Source: Octopus sinensis
Taxonomy: Eukaryota
DNA length: 64,000 bases
Assembly: GCF_006345805.1 (NCBI RefSeq)
Contig: NC_042997.1
Coordinates: 179,614,001 to 179,678,000, forward strand
Direction: 5' to 3'
The position numbers and the translations under genes were made by a program. The notes beneath the pieces were generated by a model. That model saw only the letters and a list, made by a program, of their open reading frames with translations, was not told the DNA's origin and made no database searches. How positions within the stretch are numbered: position 1 is the stretch's first letter; each line of letters begins with the position of its first letter. Positions 14,222 through 27,328 of the stretch are shown here, piece after piece.

Positions 14222-14690
14222 TGATAATTTGTTACCCATTCAATGTTTAGGTAAACTTCATCACCCACTCCCTCACTCTTTCTTTCTCTCTCTCTCTTTC
14301 TCTCTCACTCACTCAATAACTTTCTCTCGCTGACCATGCAAAAATAAAACACATCTAAGTTTGGCGCAGAAATGTGTTTTATACTTTTTTTGTATTTTAG
14401 TGAAAATCATGCAGGTGAAAAGATCAATTTTAAATTTCCCAGGCTTCCGCCTCACTCCACCCCGTTTTCCAGACCCCAAATATGATTTTGTAGCATATTA
14501 GGTCACCGGTATTCATTCAACGAAAAAAATTCCAGTGATACAGGGATATGGGGGGGGGGGTCCACCCTTTTTTCCAAACAAAAATAAGGGGTTTGCAGCA
14601 TATTAGGAGGTCAAAGTTCTTGATTTCACGCAAAAAAAAACCCGTATTCTTTTTTCTGAGTGAAAATCGTGCGGGTGAAAGAATCAAATA
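13527..14690. repeat. Large imperfect inverted repeat built from a ~260-280-bp unit
   Basis: The left arm 13527-13895 (unit restarts at 13560 and 13841) matches the reverse complement of 14398-14690 (unit restarts at 14401 and 14661). Shared blocks include cctaatatgctgcaaac and ttttttcgttgaatgaat. Confidence 0.8.
14090..14173 (+). mobile_element. 3' end of a further SINE-like repeat with a (GAT)n tail
   Basis: ...gtccaacccatgccag...gacgttaaacgatgatg...; recognised from recall only, single copy here. Confidence 0.45.
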
Positions 14691-14719
14691 CTCCCCAAAA
14701 ATGGGGTTTAGGTATTCTT

Positions 14720-14906
<187 letters not shown>

Positions 14907-15149
14907 TAAGCGTTCTCATTTGTGTTAACTCATATTTCTTTCATTGATGATTCTGACGTGAATATGATACATTTCTTTCTGCAAAGGTTCTTATTTGTTT
15001 GAAGCTATTATCCTTCTGCTTCTCTGTGCCTACAACGACCATTTGATTCCGTAAGAAGCTGATTTTAAAAGTACATTTATTTAGGTATCCTATTCTTATA
15101 TCATACTTCGACGAGGAAGGAAGAAAGAAAACATCTGGGTAGTCTATAG

Positions 15150-18100
15150 ATTATAGGAAAAGAGCGTGGCTAAGCAGGCGACATAATGAATCGGACGCTC
15201 GGACAGCTGAGCAGAACAGCGGGAAAGAGACAGAAGCATGAGACAGCTTGAATCGGACAATCAGAGAGCTGAGCATCTGGCAAAACAGAGGGAGAGATCC
15301 AGAGGCAGTCGATATCAAGATTCGGACATTTAGTGATATGAACGTCTTACTCGACAAAATATTGCGAATATACCAAGGACAGTTCAAAGACGTGACTTAT
15401 CTGCTGATGTTGGAGAAATGAATAAGATCTGTGTCTATTGCCATGCAGTGGTTTTTCATGGTGAAATTGCTAACTTTTGCTGTATGAATGGAAAAGTCAA
15501 GCTGGAGAATCTTCAGCCTTTACTCCCAGGAACTTCACATTAGGCGCAGGAGTGGCTGTGTGGTAAGTAGCTTGTTTACCAACCACATGGAAACGGGTTC
15601 AGTTCCACTGCGGGGCACCTTGGGCAAGTGTCTTCTACTATAGCCTCGGGCCGACGAAAGCCTTGTAAGTGGATTTGGTAGACGGAAACTGAAAGAAGCC
15701 CGTCGTATATATCTATATATGTATATGTGTGTGCATGTGTTTGTGTGTCTGTGTTTGTCCCCCTAGTATTGCTTGACAACCGATGCTGGTGTGTTTATGT
15801 CCCCGTTACTTAGTGGTTTAGCAAAAGAGACCGATAGAATAAGCACTGGGCTTACAAAAGAATAAGTCCTGGGGTCGAGTTGCTCGATTAAAGGCGGTGC
15901 TCCAGCATGGCCGCAGTCAAATGACTGAAACAAGTAAAAGAGTAAAGAGAGAGTAAAGAGAGAATTCATTTAGTACTGATCAACCTACAGCAATAAGTTC
16001 AGAAGGAACCTTAAACAATACAACTGTCTGTTCCAAATGACATATTTTGGCACTCAAGAACGTTGTTCCCCAAGGAGTAGATGGAATCCTGCCATCGTTA
16101 TTCAGGGTCAAATTCATCATTACATCGGTTCATTAACTCCTAATTCCAGTGAACAACGCCAATTTCTTCAAATTTACTTTTTGGGTCCTCAAGATATTGT
16201 CGATTTCACGATGAGGATACTACATAACGATAATATTAAGTGCGACATAGTTGAATTAATGGAATTTATACTCAAACAATATAACCCGTCATTTAGAATG
16301 GCAAAACGAGAACTTACAAATATTCCCGAAGCTACGATTATTATTGATCCCGATCAGAGACCAGCAATAGGATATGAGAGAAGATTCAATGCACAAACTG
16401 CAAACGAAGTTGCGGTTGTTATAGAAAACAGCCCTGGAAATCAAGCAACGGCATAGCCTATTGTCTTGAAAGAAAAAGGCGGACAACTACAAATAATCTC
16501 AGAATCCCATCGGTCTTATAACAGTCTTCAGTATGTTCTGCTTTTTTTTCCTTTTGGTGATCTGGGGGGGGGCATCCTGATCTGCTAATGAGTAACAAAA
16601 AAAAGAAAATGTTGACGCCAATGCGTTACTATGCCTATCGAATAATGAGCCATGACAATGAATTCAACCAACTTCTCAGAGGCGTTCGTTTATTTCGGCA
16701 ATATTTGGTTGAGATGGCTGCGAAGATTGAATGACATAGGCTGCGTTACATTCGATTTAATCACTGTGATTTACAACATACAAGGGCCTTATCGACGCAT
16801 CGAATGATGATGACGATTTTCGCAACATCGGAGGCAAATCAAACTCTCTTCGACATTTGTCAGTGGACAGAGGCATATGATGGAGCGATGCCAAGATGCC
16901 ATGATGTACATACGGAAATACGGCAATGCTTCGTTCTCTATCACAATGACATGCAATCCAAACTGGCCCGAAATCCGGTAAAGCCTATTCCCGAATCAGA
17001 AGCCGCATGACAGGCCAGATTTAATTGCCAGAATATTTGACCTGAAACGGAAAATGCTCATAAAGTATTTTACTGGAGTAGATGGCTCATTTGGCCTAGT
17101 TTATGAGTTCCCTGTTGAATATCAAAAGCGAAGTCTTCCCCATACACACTGTTTGCTATGGCTCAATGAAGCCGCCAAGCCCAGGTCGCAGAAATATTGG
17201 TAAATTCGTTCAAGCCGAAATACCAGATCCAAACAAATATCCAGAGGGTCATCAATTGGTGCTAAAGCACATGATCCATGGTCCCAATTGCTCTAATAAT
17301 TCGCCGAGTTGGAAACATGGAATAAGCAGCAATCAGTACCCTAAGCCTTTCTATAAGCATATGTTGTGTGGAGAAGATAGTCTCCAGGATTTGCAGGGTA
17401 TCAAGAAGTAAGGGAAAGACGGAATATAAGGTCACAATGGGTGGTTCCCTACAACATGTAACTATTAAAACTGTTCAACTGCCTCCAAAATGTAGAGATA
17501 TGCTCTTCCGTCAAATCAATCAAATATTGTTATCAAATATACCATGAAGGGCAGTGATCAAACAACGTTTAGTGTGAACAGAGAAGATGATATGACACCA
17601 TATTTAACAGGAAGAAACATCCTTCAGAAGATGTTGCCTTAGTACTCGGATTTACAATTCATGAGAGGGCACCAGCTATAGTTCGGCTTCAAGTTCATCT
17701 ACCTGAGGAAAATCAAATCTTCTTTCGGGACAATGCTGCTGTTACAGTAAACGATAACATGCGTAGGACATGGATATTTGTGCTCGCGATCCATTTGCAA
17801 AAAGTTTGTAATATGCCGATGTGCCAAGGTTTTATACTTGGAGTAACAAGACATGGCAAAGAAGGAACGTGGGGAAAAGTGTTGACCAGTATCCAGAGAT
17901 TTTTGAGGCAAGCGTTTTGGGATGACCATATAGTGTTTCTCCACGAAGTGGTGAACTGTATTAGTTAATACTTCTGCATCAAAGGGTCAGTATCGTTTAA
18001 CTCTTTGAAAATGTGTGATGGACAACTATTGCCATTATTTGCTTCAATTCGATGATCATTGGCACCAGACACTGGAAGATGCTGAGTGAATAAGGCTTCC

Positions 18101-18390
18101 CCAAACCATGAGAGATCTATACATTGTCCTCCTCACAAATACGGAAATTAACAATTCCAGTGCTTTACGGGCTCGATTTAGATATTCGCTGTCTGAGGAT
18201 TACCTTCAAATAGAGAAGAATGCTACTAGAAACATTAATCTTTTGATTAGCGAGAGACATAATGATCAATGTCATTTCCTCACTAAACATTTCATTGATA
18301 TGGCGAGAGCTTCAGCTGCTTGACTTCCTTTTCTGAAGTTGAATAGCAAAATTGCTCGAATATCGCTCTTTGACAGATCCATTTCCGATG
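15150..18390 (+). mobile_element. Decayed autonomous Helitron, N-terminal Zn finger plus Rep domain; helicase not seen
   Basis: Zn finger GEMNKICVYCHAVVFHGEIANFCCMNGKVKL (~15415-15505); IQGQIHHYIGSLTP...FLQIYF...RRFNAQTANEVAVV (ORF 16037); HUH motif VEYQKRSLPHTHCLLWL (HTH 17141-17149); AEIPDP...KHMIHGP; VRLQVHLPE. Many frameshifts. Confidence 0.92.
15541..15962 (+). mobile_element. SINE family A, full length, inserted into the Helitron ORF
   Basis: A-box-like TGGCTGTGTGG, B-box-like GGTTCAGTTCC, internal (TA)/(TG) tract and (AGAGTAA)-like tail. Helitron coding motifs resume on the far side (NKFRRNLKQYNCLFQMTYFG). Confidence 0.9.
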
Positions 18391-18391
18391 A

Positions 18392-20040
18392 TTAATTCTA
18401 TAATTGTCCACAGGCGACTATACAAATAGGGGACACACAAGGAGGCAGGGGGTGATTTATTGCGATTGATAATGACATGTGAGTAAAAATTTAATTATAA
18501 ATAAATATATAAAACGAATGAAGAATAATTATGAAAAATGGAGACTGGATTCGACCCTACAAATCACGTACCACCACTGTACCTTTTGACTTCCCTTACG
18601 GGGTCACATTTACTCTCAGCATGTACGCTATATTTTGCCATCATTCTCGAACACACTCAGAGGCAGGCAGCTCTTCTTCAAGCATATTTTCCTTTTGAGT
18701 TGGCAAACAAAGTAGTTTACCAACCGTCCGCTGGAGATGAAGTCGCTTGTCTCTGCTTCTCTCAAACGCAACCTCCATACCACCTCTTTCGCAATCGCTA
18801 TTACCGCTATGAAACAAACCTTCCTTTGCCTTGAAAGGGAGGGAGGTGGAACAGTTTTTATTATAGACACGTAAGACAGCTGTACTCTTCCTAAACATGG
18901 CAACACGTGTTCGGCATAAACCCACATCTCCGATATCCTTCGACATTGCACAATGGTGTGTAGAACAGTTTCACTGTTCTGCTCGCATTTTGGGAAAGGA
19001 GGCTGGCAAGAATAGCTGTGCTTAGCGAGTTTATCCCGAACTGCCAAGGCTCCTCGGTAACATTGCCAAGCACAGGTCCCGCTCCGAATGTTTTTCGGAA
19101 CAAACCAGCAAGCTAACCTTCATCGAAGTGTGACGATGTCCAGCGGGTGGGGAAGCTTTTGGTTTCATTGGTGGAGGGTATTGAGATCTTATGTGCCCAT
19201 TTTGGCCGCACTTAAGACATCTTGGCTTTCTGGCCTCCGCCATTACTCTCAGGATCGTTTCCTCACTCACCCGTATGGTACCTGCAATCAATTCGATGTC
19301 ATCTTGGGAAGCCTGTAGTAACATTTGACCCGACCAATTTTGTTGATGAATTTTCATGGCATGGAGGATTGTCACTTTATCCTACAAACCAAAAACGATG
19401 GTGGCCACCAGCCTGGCTGCGTCGACCTCCGGTGCGATTTTTCCTATCATCACCTTGGAAGTTCGCCTTCTCGAGGGGTTAGGTAGGATTACCACTTCGT
19501 TCGATTTCAGAGGTAACGCTCAGCGTTCGCTGGCCTTGTCTTCACATGCGAACCGCACCTCTATTGTTGCGAACCGATTATCTCTGGTGAGATGCACAAC
19601 ATCATGCTAGATTGGCGGCAGGCATTTTCCCGCCTGTCCCTTGGTAATTCTTCACAGTTTTTTTTCTTTAGCAGTATCATGCGTCAACTCACTGGGAGTG
19701 ATACGTTTGATTTCATACCCCTCTCTTAGAAGCATTCCTTTAAACTTGCCTAGTTCTTGGTTTTCTAGTTTCTAGCCTTCCCTGTTGACGCAGGTACAGG
19801 TGCAAAGTTGTTTACGTTTTGTTTACTACCTGTAATTTTCATTTCTTTTGTGTCTTTCAACAATTTTCTGTTCAACTCCTGAACTTGTTGGCTCAAATCT
19901 TCGTTCGACGAAGATACGTCTGATGAACATGATGAGAAAATAATATTCAAAAACGGAAAAAAAATTCTCCCAAGGAGGAAACCATTAGCAAGTCTGCCAA
20001 AAGTCAGTAAAATAAGGTTTCGAAACAAACACAATAAAAG
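18392..20040 (-). mobile_element. Tx1/L1-clade LINE, internally deleted (ORF1 joined to the ORF2 C-terminus)
   Basis: ORF1-like region with Zn knuckle CLKCGQNGHIRSQYP (19175-19219). The ORF2 zf-RVT-like tail AWQCYRGALAVRDKL...ETVLHTIVQC...IAKEVVWR (18628-19100) follows directly; no endonuclease or RT domain lies between them. The 5' end may extend to ~20340. Confidence 0.8.
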
Positions 20041-21529
20041 TGGGACAAAACGGTAATTCTTCCAACAATAGTTTCAACAAAAATCACAATAATTACCAAA
20101 ATGACATCCAAACCAACCGATTCATTTCCGATGATTGTAACAACGGTGAAAAAAATATGAATTCTAATTTATTGCTACATTTAGGCAAGTTTATGTCTGT
20201 ATTATCAGACAATTTCAAAAGGATGACTTTAAAATATTCAGACTCTGCAAAAATCCTGTACAAATTTTTCACGGTTCAAAACGTTGCTTACTTTTTATTC
20301 AACCTGTTATAGACACAGACGTACTATACACTAACGTTCACACTCATGTCGAAATTTATCCTTTCACCTTGTTCAATTATAAGTATTAGTAAGATACCCA
20401 AATGTCAATACTTCCTTATTTATTGAATCCAAATTGACAACCCGAATACAAAGTATCTGTAGCAAAATTTATTTCCTAATCAATATCCATTTAAGGCCCT
20501 TTCTCACTTCTAGAACTAAAATTCCCAGAACTACAGCTATTTCAATGCAGGTCAGCGTTTTGAACTAGTTCACCCTTCTCATTAAAACAAACCTTACTTC
20601 CTCCTCCTAACGGTTTATAGATTTTTTTATGAATAAATATCTTCAGATCCACTATACAAGCGCATTGTTTGAACCAGCCTTGGAGATGGCAAAACTTGAA
20701 AGCGTAGTTAAATAGTTATATATCCTTACATTCACGCCCCCCCCCCCAGACACACAGAGTATTTCACTGCACTACATAATTACAGGATCAAGAAATTTCA
20801 CACTTACAGAAATGGTGAAATATGGTCAATGATATCGGAAAACAAACTGGAATTCCGGCCATTTTTAAAGTATTTAATTTGTAACTCGATCGCAGACAGA
20901 TATTAGAAGACAGATATTAATCGTTCAAAACTGTACAAGGAGTTAACTTTACTGAAACATTTAATTTTTTGGTGGTAAATTTATACAACACCACGATACG
21001 CATGAATCAATTAAGAGAAATATTTTTTAAAGTTTATGTATTTTAAATGAAACTCAGTCGCTTTTCTCATTATTTCTTTTTCAGTTTTATGTACGTTAAT
21101 CTTACTTGCAGCTTACCAATACAACTTAGTTTTATTCCCATTTTTGTTTGTACTTTAATTTTTACGTTATATTACTTTAAAAATTTTTGTTGATACAAAT
21201 TAATTTCTCCTTCATGCACTACTCTTTGCTTTCCATTTTCCTTCTTTTGGGAAGTAACATTAATCATGTGGTATTTCATCCTATCTCATACACCTCTGGT
21301 TTTTTGTTTGTTTTTATTTTCTATTTCTCTGGTTTTTGTTTGCTTTTGTTTTCTATGAGTTCCTTTTCATGAAGCCTCAACGTAGTTCACTAAAATTTCA
21401 GATTTACCGTCTCTTCGCTTCATATTTCGTATAGGGACGTACACCACAGATAGAGGTGTATATATCAGACAGAGGCGTGCAGTGAAAACCTCTGTGAATA
21501 AATTATAAGCACTTAGCAATATTTAGTCT

Positions 21530-21546
21530 TCATCATCATCATCATC

Positions 21547-21602
<56 letters not shown>

Positions 21603-21620
21603 GCGTGTATGTATATGCGT
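21530..21620. repeat. (CAT)n-(TA)n-(TG)n compound microsatellite
   Basis: Seen directly. Confidence 0.95.
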
Positions 21621-23651
21621 ATGATGGTCCGGCGACGTCTTTTATGGTCAAGTGGTCTGTTTACACCCACAGTGTCTGTGAAGGAACTTTCTTCACTCAG
21701 GGCAATTTGTATGCATATTGTCTTTCCATGTCCGAGTATAAACGGACATGCTAAATATGTTTGTATATAATTATATTTCACTCAACTTCAACAAATGTAC
21801 CATTCGCTCTTTTAATATGAGAGCAACAAGCTTTTTGCGGCGATGACCGACTGCACGGTATATGTAGCTGATAAAGCGTAACAGCACAGAAACAAGTCCT
21901 ACGTTCTGATGACGTTATTTATGGCCTAATGATGCTTCTATGCCTATATTGTTTATGAGAGAGATTTCTTTTCTCGAGTAAATTTGTGTAGCGTATTCTC
22001 TTTTCATGTCCATGAGTAAACACATTTTAATCAGGATGGTGTATAATGTATTTGTGTGTATCAATGTTCAATCGGTATTATAGCTGTTAAAGACAGACTG
22101 TACCGTGGTACACTATAATTTCATTCTGCTCTTTGCCTTGCCGATGAAATTTAGGGAGTTTTCAGGCGTTACGCAATTGAGAATATATTTTCATTAACGA
22201 TATGCTTCTTCTCATTGCAGTTAAATTTTCAATTCATTAACCTTTATTTTTTCCATGTCTAAAACGGTAATCTATTTATACCTTACATAGATATATAATA
22301 ATATTATTTTCAATTTTCCAACGAAGACAAACAAAAATGATTAGCCATCATCTTCGAACTATGATTGAATTCTTAAATACATGTTGAAGTTCATTTCGTT
22401 GGCCCCTGTACGAATATATTCTCATTACCCATAATGAATATTCAGCTTATTACTACTAAGTGTTTCCTTGATAAATAATTACTTTCAGTATACCATGTGA
22501 AATGTGGTAATCTATAAAAATACAGATAATACATAATTACAAATATATTCATGCACATACGGACTCACACATATATTCATTATACATGCACGATATATCT
22601 TACGTATAATATATTTCTATATGTGTATGCAAGTGGGAGTATGTGTTAGTATTTGTTAATATAATAGAAATCATAGGCCATTCAGTTGAAAATCTTGCAT
22701 TTTTCAACGGAACTGTGTCACTTAAGAACTTTCTTCCATCGATCTAAATCGTATTCCTGTGAATTATTTTACACCCCTTGCAGTTGTTGTGGGGGATAAA
22801 ACGCAGTACATTTGCGATGTTCCATGCAAGGATCTGGAAACTGAACTTGTTATTGGACCATGTACCATTTTAATTGCCGATCTCAAAAAGACTCCAATCT
22901 TTATTGGGTTTTGAAAATCCTCTTACAATCAATGTGTTAGAATAAAATTTCTCATTTAGCTACACCAAATTATGAAAGTACTACAATTCTCTATTACTAA
23001 TCAAAGACATACACCTGGCATTGTTTAAAACTCAAGCGCACTTTTCGCACTTAAATGTTAACTTCATTTCACTTCATAATCCGCCTGAAAAAGAGCTTCA
23101 GCAACAATTAAGGCTATCTGTCCTATGAATAGCTCTTATTCTCTTTACGAACAGAGATGCCTGCTTACGGCCGTATCACGTTGAACGCATAGATTCTTGT
23201 CCGTTCGCCAAAGTTACACAACGTTGAATAATTATATGGGTGACTGCTTGGGAAACCTAAGTGTTGTATTTCGCATTTACAAGGCGATGCACCAGCATTG
23301 GCAAAGTCTAATGACTGAACAAATACACAATAAAGTTTCACATAAACATAAGTAAGGAATCCAATGTGTTTTAACTTTATTGAAAGACTTTCAGTGTAAA
23401 AGGATGCTAAAATGCATAACACTTCAAGGATTTCTCTACCTACATTGTTAATGTTCTTTCGCAGGTGAATGTATGTATCAATTCTCAAATCCTTCTGGTG
23501 CTTTCTAATGTATTTGCATTTATGAGGCTTTATTTTTTAGCCGAGACATATTGCTGAAAAAAATATTGTCTATAATGCAATGAAAAAAATACTGGTCAGG
23601 CGGATTATGAAGTGGAATGAATAAAAATTTTCGCATAAAACTAATTTTGCT

Positions 23652-23826
23652 TAGGCGTAGGAGTGGCTGTGTGGTAAGTAGCTTGCCTACGAACCACATG
23701 GTTCTGGGTTCAGTCCCACTGCGTGGCACATTGGGCAAGTGTCTTCTACTATAACCTCGGGCCGACCAAAGCTTTGTGAGTGGATTTAGTAGACGGAAAC
23801 TGAAAGAAGCCCGTCGTATATATGTA

Positions 23827-23914
<88 letters not shown>

Positions 23915-24110
23915 TGTGTCTGTGTTTATCTCCCGAACATCGCTTGACAACCGATGCTGATGTGTTTACGTCCCAGCAGTTCGGCAAAAGAGACCGATAT
24001 TATAAGTACTAGGCTTCCAAAGAATAGGTCCTGGGGGCCATTTGGTCGACGACCAAAGACGGTGCTCTAGCATAGCCACAGTCAAATGACGGAAACAAAT
24101 AAAATAAAAA
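23652..24110 (+). mobile_element. SINE family A, full length
   Basis: Collinear with 15541-15962; the internal (TA)n(TG)n tract is longer. Confidence 0.9.
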
Positions 24111-24189
24111 AATCCAATCTCAAGGAAAATAAATATTATTTATCTTCTCGATTGATGTATAAGAAAATATTGAAAGAATTGTAATCATC

Positions 24190-25130
24190 ATGTTCCTCAT
24201 TAATTTTTTAAAGTCTCCTTTTGCTGATCCTGAAGACAATATCTCTATCTTACCATGTTTTATTCATTAAAAGCTGCAGCTTGCTCATTGTTTTGGGGGT
24301 GCATTCAATTGTCGTTGATATTCCCTACCAGGACGATTGTTTAGTGCGAGAGATGTTTCTACAGCAAAATGAAAGTCCTTTACATAGCCCACTACCCCCT
24401 ATAATATATTCCTTGCAATATTTATAATTACATAAATTTTTAAACCTTGATAGTCTCCATACTTTTCTAAGAATGATGTGTCAAACCACCGAAGTACATA
24501 ACTACAGCAATGACCAAATTCTGTGGTGCACTACTTTGAGAATTTAGAAGTGAGTTTTCATTGATGATATTAGCTTCAGATGATATCATTTGTAATGTAC
24601 AATATTAGACGATACTGACTTAAAGGAAGCGCTTGGTCTCTGAAATTGTGACACGTAACAGCATTTTCAAGATTTTGACGTCATAAGCGGCACGTTCCAG
24701 TTGTCTTTTACCCCCACATTTTTGCTGAGAAGGGAATCAATAGACAGAATAATATCAGATTTATGACCATGAGTTGGGTCACGATATAAGATCATTATTC
24801 GACATTTTTAGGTAAATTTTGCTATTCTTTAGTAATATTTAGTCCGCTTATAGCTGATATTGTCATTGAGGCTCACGTTTTAAGTGAAAATGTTTCGGTT
24901 CACGAAAGATGTTTTCTTCGAACATTTCATATCTTAGTTCTCGTATAGCTTGCTTTTGACGGTTCGCTTTACGTATTATGTTTTCTTAATACTTTGTTGT
25001 CTGTGTTTTTTATGTAACTTGTTTACGATGAATCGCTTCGTGTATTCTAGTTTCTTCAAACCACTTTCGCTTCTGTTACTGATTATGTAGCTCGCAACAT
25101 TTAAGCAACATCTTGTATAATGGTTAAGGA
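24190..25130 (-). mobile_element. Possible highly decayed RTE-like linker/RT remnant
   Basis: RKWFEE...IRKANR linker-like text, GDYQGLKI (NYRGIKL-like) and RPGR in the expected order. Weak. Confidence 0.3.
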
Positions 25131-26006
25131 AATAAGTTGGTTTTCTATTTGAATGTATTGCATATTAACTTGGAAATCTGCATGTTATAATTATTTGACA
25201 CACGTGATAATTAAATGGTGTTAGCGTGTAATTATATCTTTATGCATGCGTACATACTCAAGATGCATAACAACCGAGATAAAATAACCTTGTTTGTAAA
25301 GAGACAGAGAAAGAAAATGAAACAGAGATGGCGGTGAATAGGTAATCGTGAATTGCATTTCCATACATACAGTGTGTTTGTGAGTTTGTTGCGTGTGCGT
25401 TAAAGATATTTATGTGTATGTATGTGTGTATGCATGAAAGCTTGTATATGTGTGTGCGTGTATTTACGATTACGCCAGACAAACTATCGCTGCACAGCTA
25501 CAAACTATCGCTGTTGTTTAGAATAAGATTATAACAGCCTGGGTACAAGGCTCGGTGAAGTGTTAGATATGACTACTTAAAAATTCATGAAGATGTTCCA
25601 CTAACATTGTCACAGTTCAGTGACATGACACTAAAGATAAAACACCCACACTCATAGAAGCCCACCTTTGATTTATATATGTATATTAAATATCAGATTA
25701 CTAAACTTTTTGATAAAAAGTTTACCAAACGGTTTAAAAGCAGGTATGCTAATCTGTATAAGTTTACTAAACTATTTAATAACACTAATACATACATACG
25801 TAGGTGTGTACACTGTATATTGCACTGATAGTTTAAAATATTCTTTCCTGGGTTTGTAGTTAAGTATATGTATATGCATTTTCATACATGTCTGCGTTCA
25901 TTTAAACAAATGCTATAACATTATATGCACGAAATCACACATATCCATGTACCAATTCACCCTTACGTAAATATACAGACAATAGATAAATATCATATAT
26001 AGTTAT

Positions 26007-26322
26007 TATCATTTATTTATGCGCCCTTTTCAAGCCTAGCCAAGCTCATGGGCCCGGTTTCCCGGTTTCTGTGGCGTATGTGTTCTCCCTAGCTGGACGG
26101 GACGCCAGTCCATCGCAGCGTTACCCAAGAAACAGAAAGAAAGAGTGAGAGAAAGTTGAGACGAAAGAGTATAACAGGGGTCGCTACCACCCCTGCTGGA
26201 GCCTCGTGGAGCTTTAGGTGCTTTCGCTCAATAAACACACACAACACCTGGTCTGGCAATCGAAACCGCGATCCTCAAACCGAGAGTTCGCTACCCTAAC
26301 CACTGGGCCATTGCGCCTCCAC
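26007..26322 (-). mobile_element. SINE family C with a 14-bp TSD
   Basis: Collinear with 620-928; perfect TSD tcatatatagttat at 25993-26006 and 26323-26336. Confidence 0.92.
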
Positions 26323-27114
26323 TCATATATAGTTATATAGACATAAACAGAGAGAGAGAGGCTGAAACACATAAAAGAATGTGATGTTACATACTAACAC
26401 ACACACACACGCACATATTACGCTTACACACATACGTATGTATGTACGTTTAAATGACCTACATGCTGTCATGTTCAACAACGTCCAGTCTAAATCAGAT
26501 GTTAGCAACCTTCATTGCAAACGTAGCGTTCTATAACTATAGGCAATTCACAGTCAACTTGACGCGCTAAACCTGTATTGATTCTATCAACAGAGACCCT
26601 GCGATACTTCTTTAATGGAGCCATGCCAATCTTACATCTTTCTACTCAATAAAGTTGTTAAGAAAGTCATATGTACTATTCATATCAAGAAAACATCATC
26701 ACATCAGACTTCCCTAAATGTGAGCAGTCTGCAACTAGACCTTTCACATTTGTTCTCAACATCAGCCTTAATTGTCGCTGAGAATACGGAAACACAAACT
26801 TAATATAACGTGGCCTACACTCCAGGGACTGGATGTTCCCTTTAGGTTCAAAATATAAAGCACGCTACACCAATAAGTAAAACTCTCAGAATCTCATTTC
26901 AGACCAATAATTGAACATTACTCCCAGAGTATGATGCTATTTGCACAGATTTACTAAACCGTATACCCCCACCCCAAAAAAGCTACCTTATCAACTCACA
27001 TAAAATCTCTTGTAGATAGGCGCCACCCTCTGGCTCATATGCATGCTGTGTTCTCTCTCTCTCTCTCTTTTCTCTCTCCGAGCCCACCAAACTGTTATTA
27101 TTATGAAGTTTCAT

Positions 27115-27328
27115 AAGGTTGCGAGCTGACAGAATCTTTAGCATGCTGGACGAAATGCTTAGCGATATTTCGCCGCTCACTACGTTCTGAATTCAAATTA
27201 CGCCGAAGTCGACTTTGCCTTTCATCTTTTCAGGGTCGATAAATTAAGTAACAGTAAAACACTGGGGTCGATGTAATCGACTTGTCCCCTCCCACAAAAT
27301 TTTAGGCCTTGTGTCTTTAGTAGAAAGG
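27115..27328 (+). mobile_element. SINE family B, tail type B2
   Basis: Head aaggttgcgagctg..., core tttgcctttcatcttttcagggtcgataaattaagt; TSD attattatgaagttt (27097-27111) and attattgtgaagttt (27329-27343). Confidence 0.9.

Noticed and set aside
23240-23440. GDAPALAK resembling the hAT TDGAPAM motif
   Set aside because: The flanking motifs could not be recovered convincingly.
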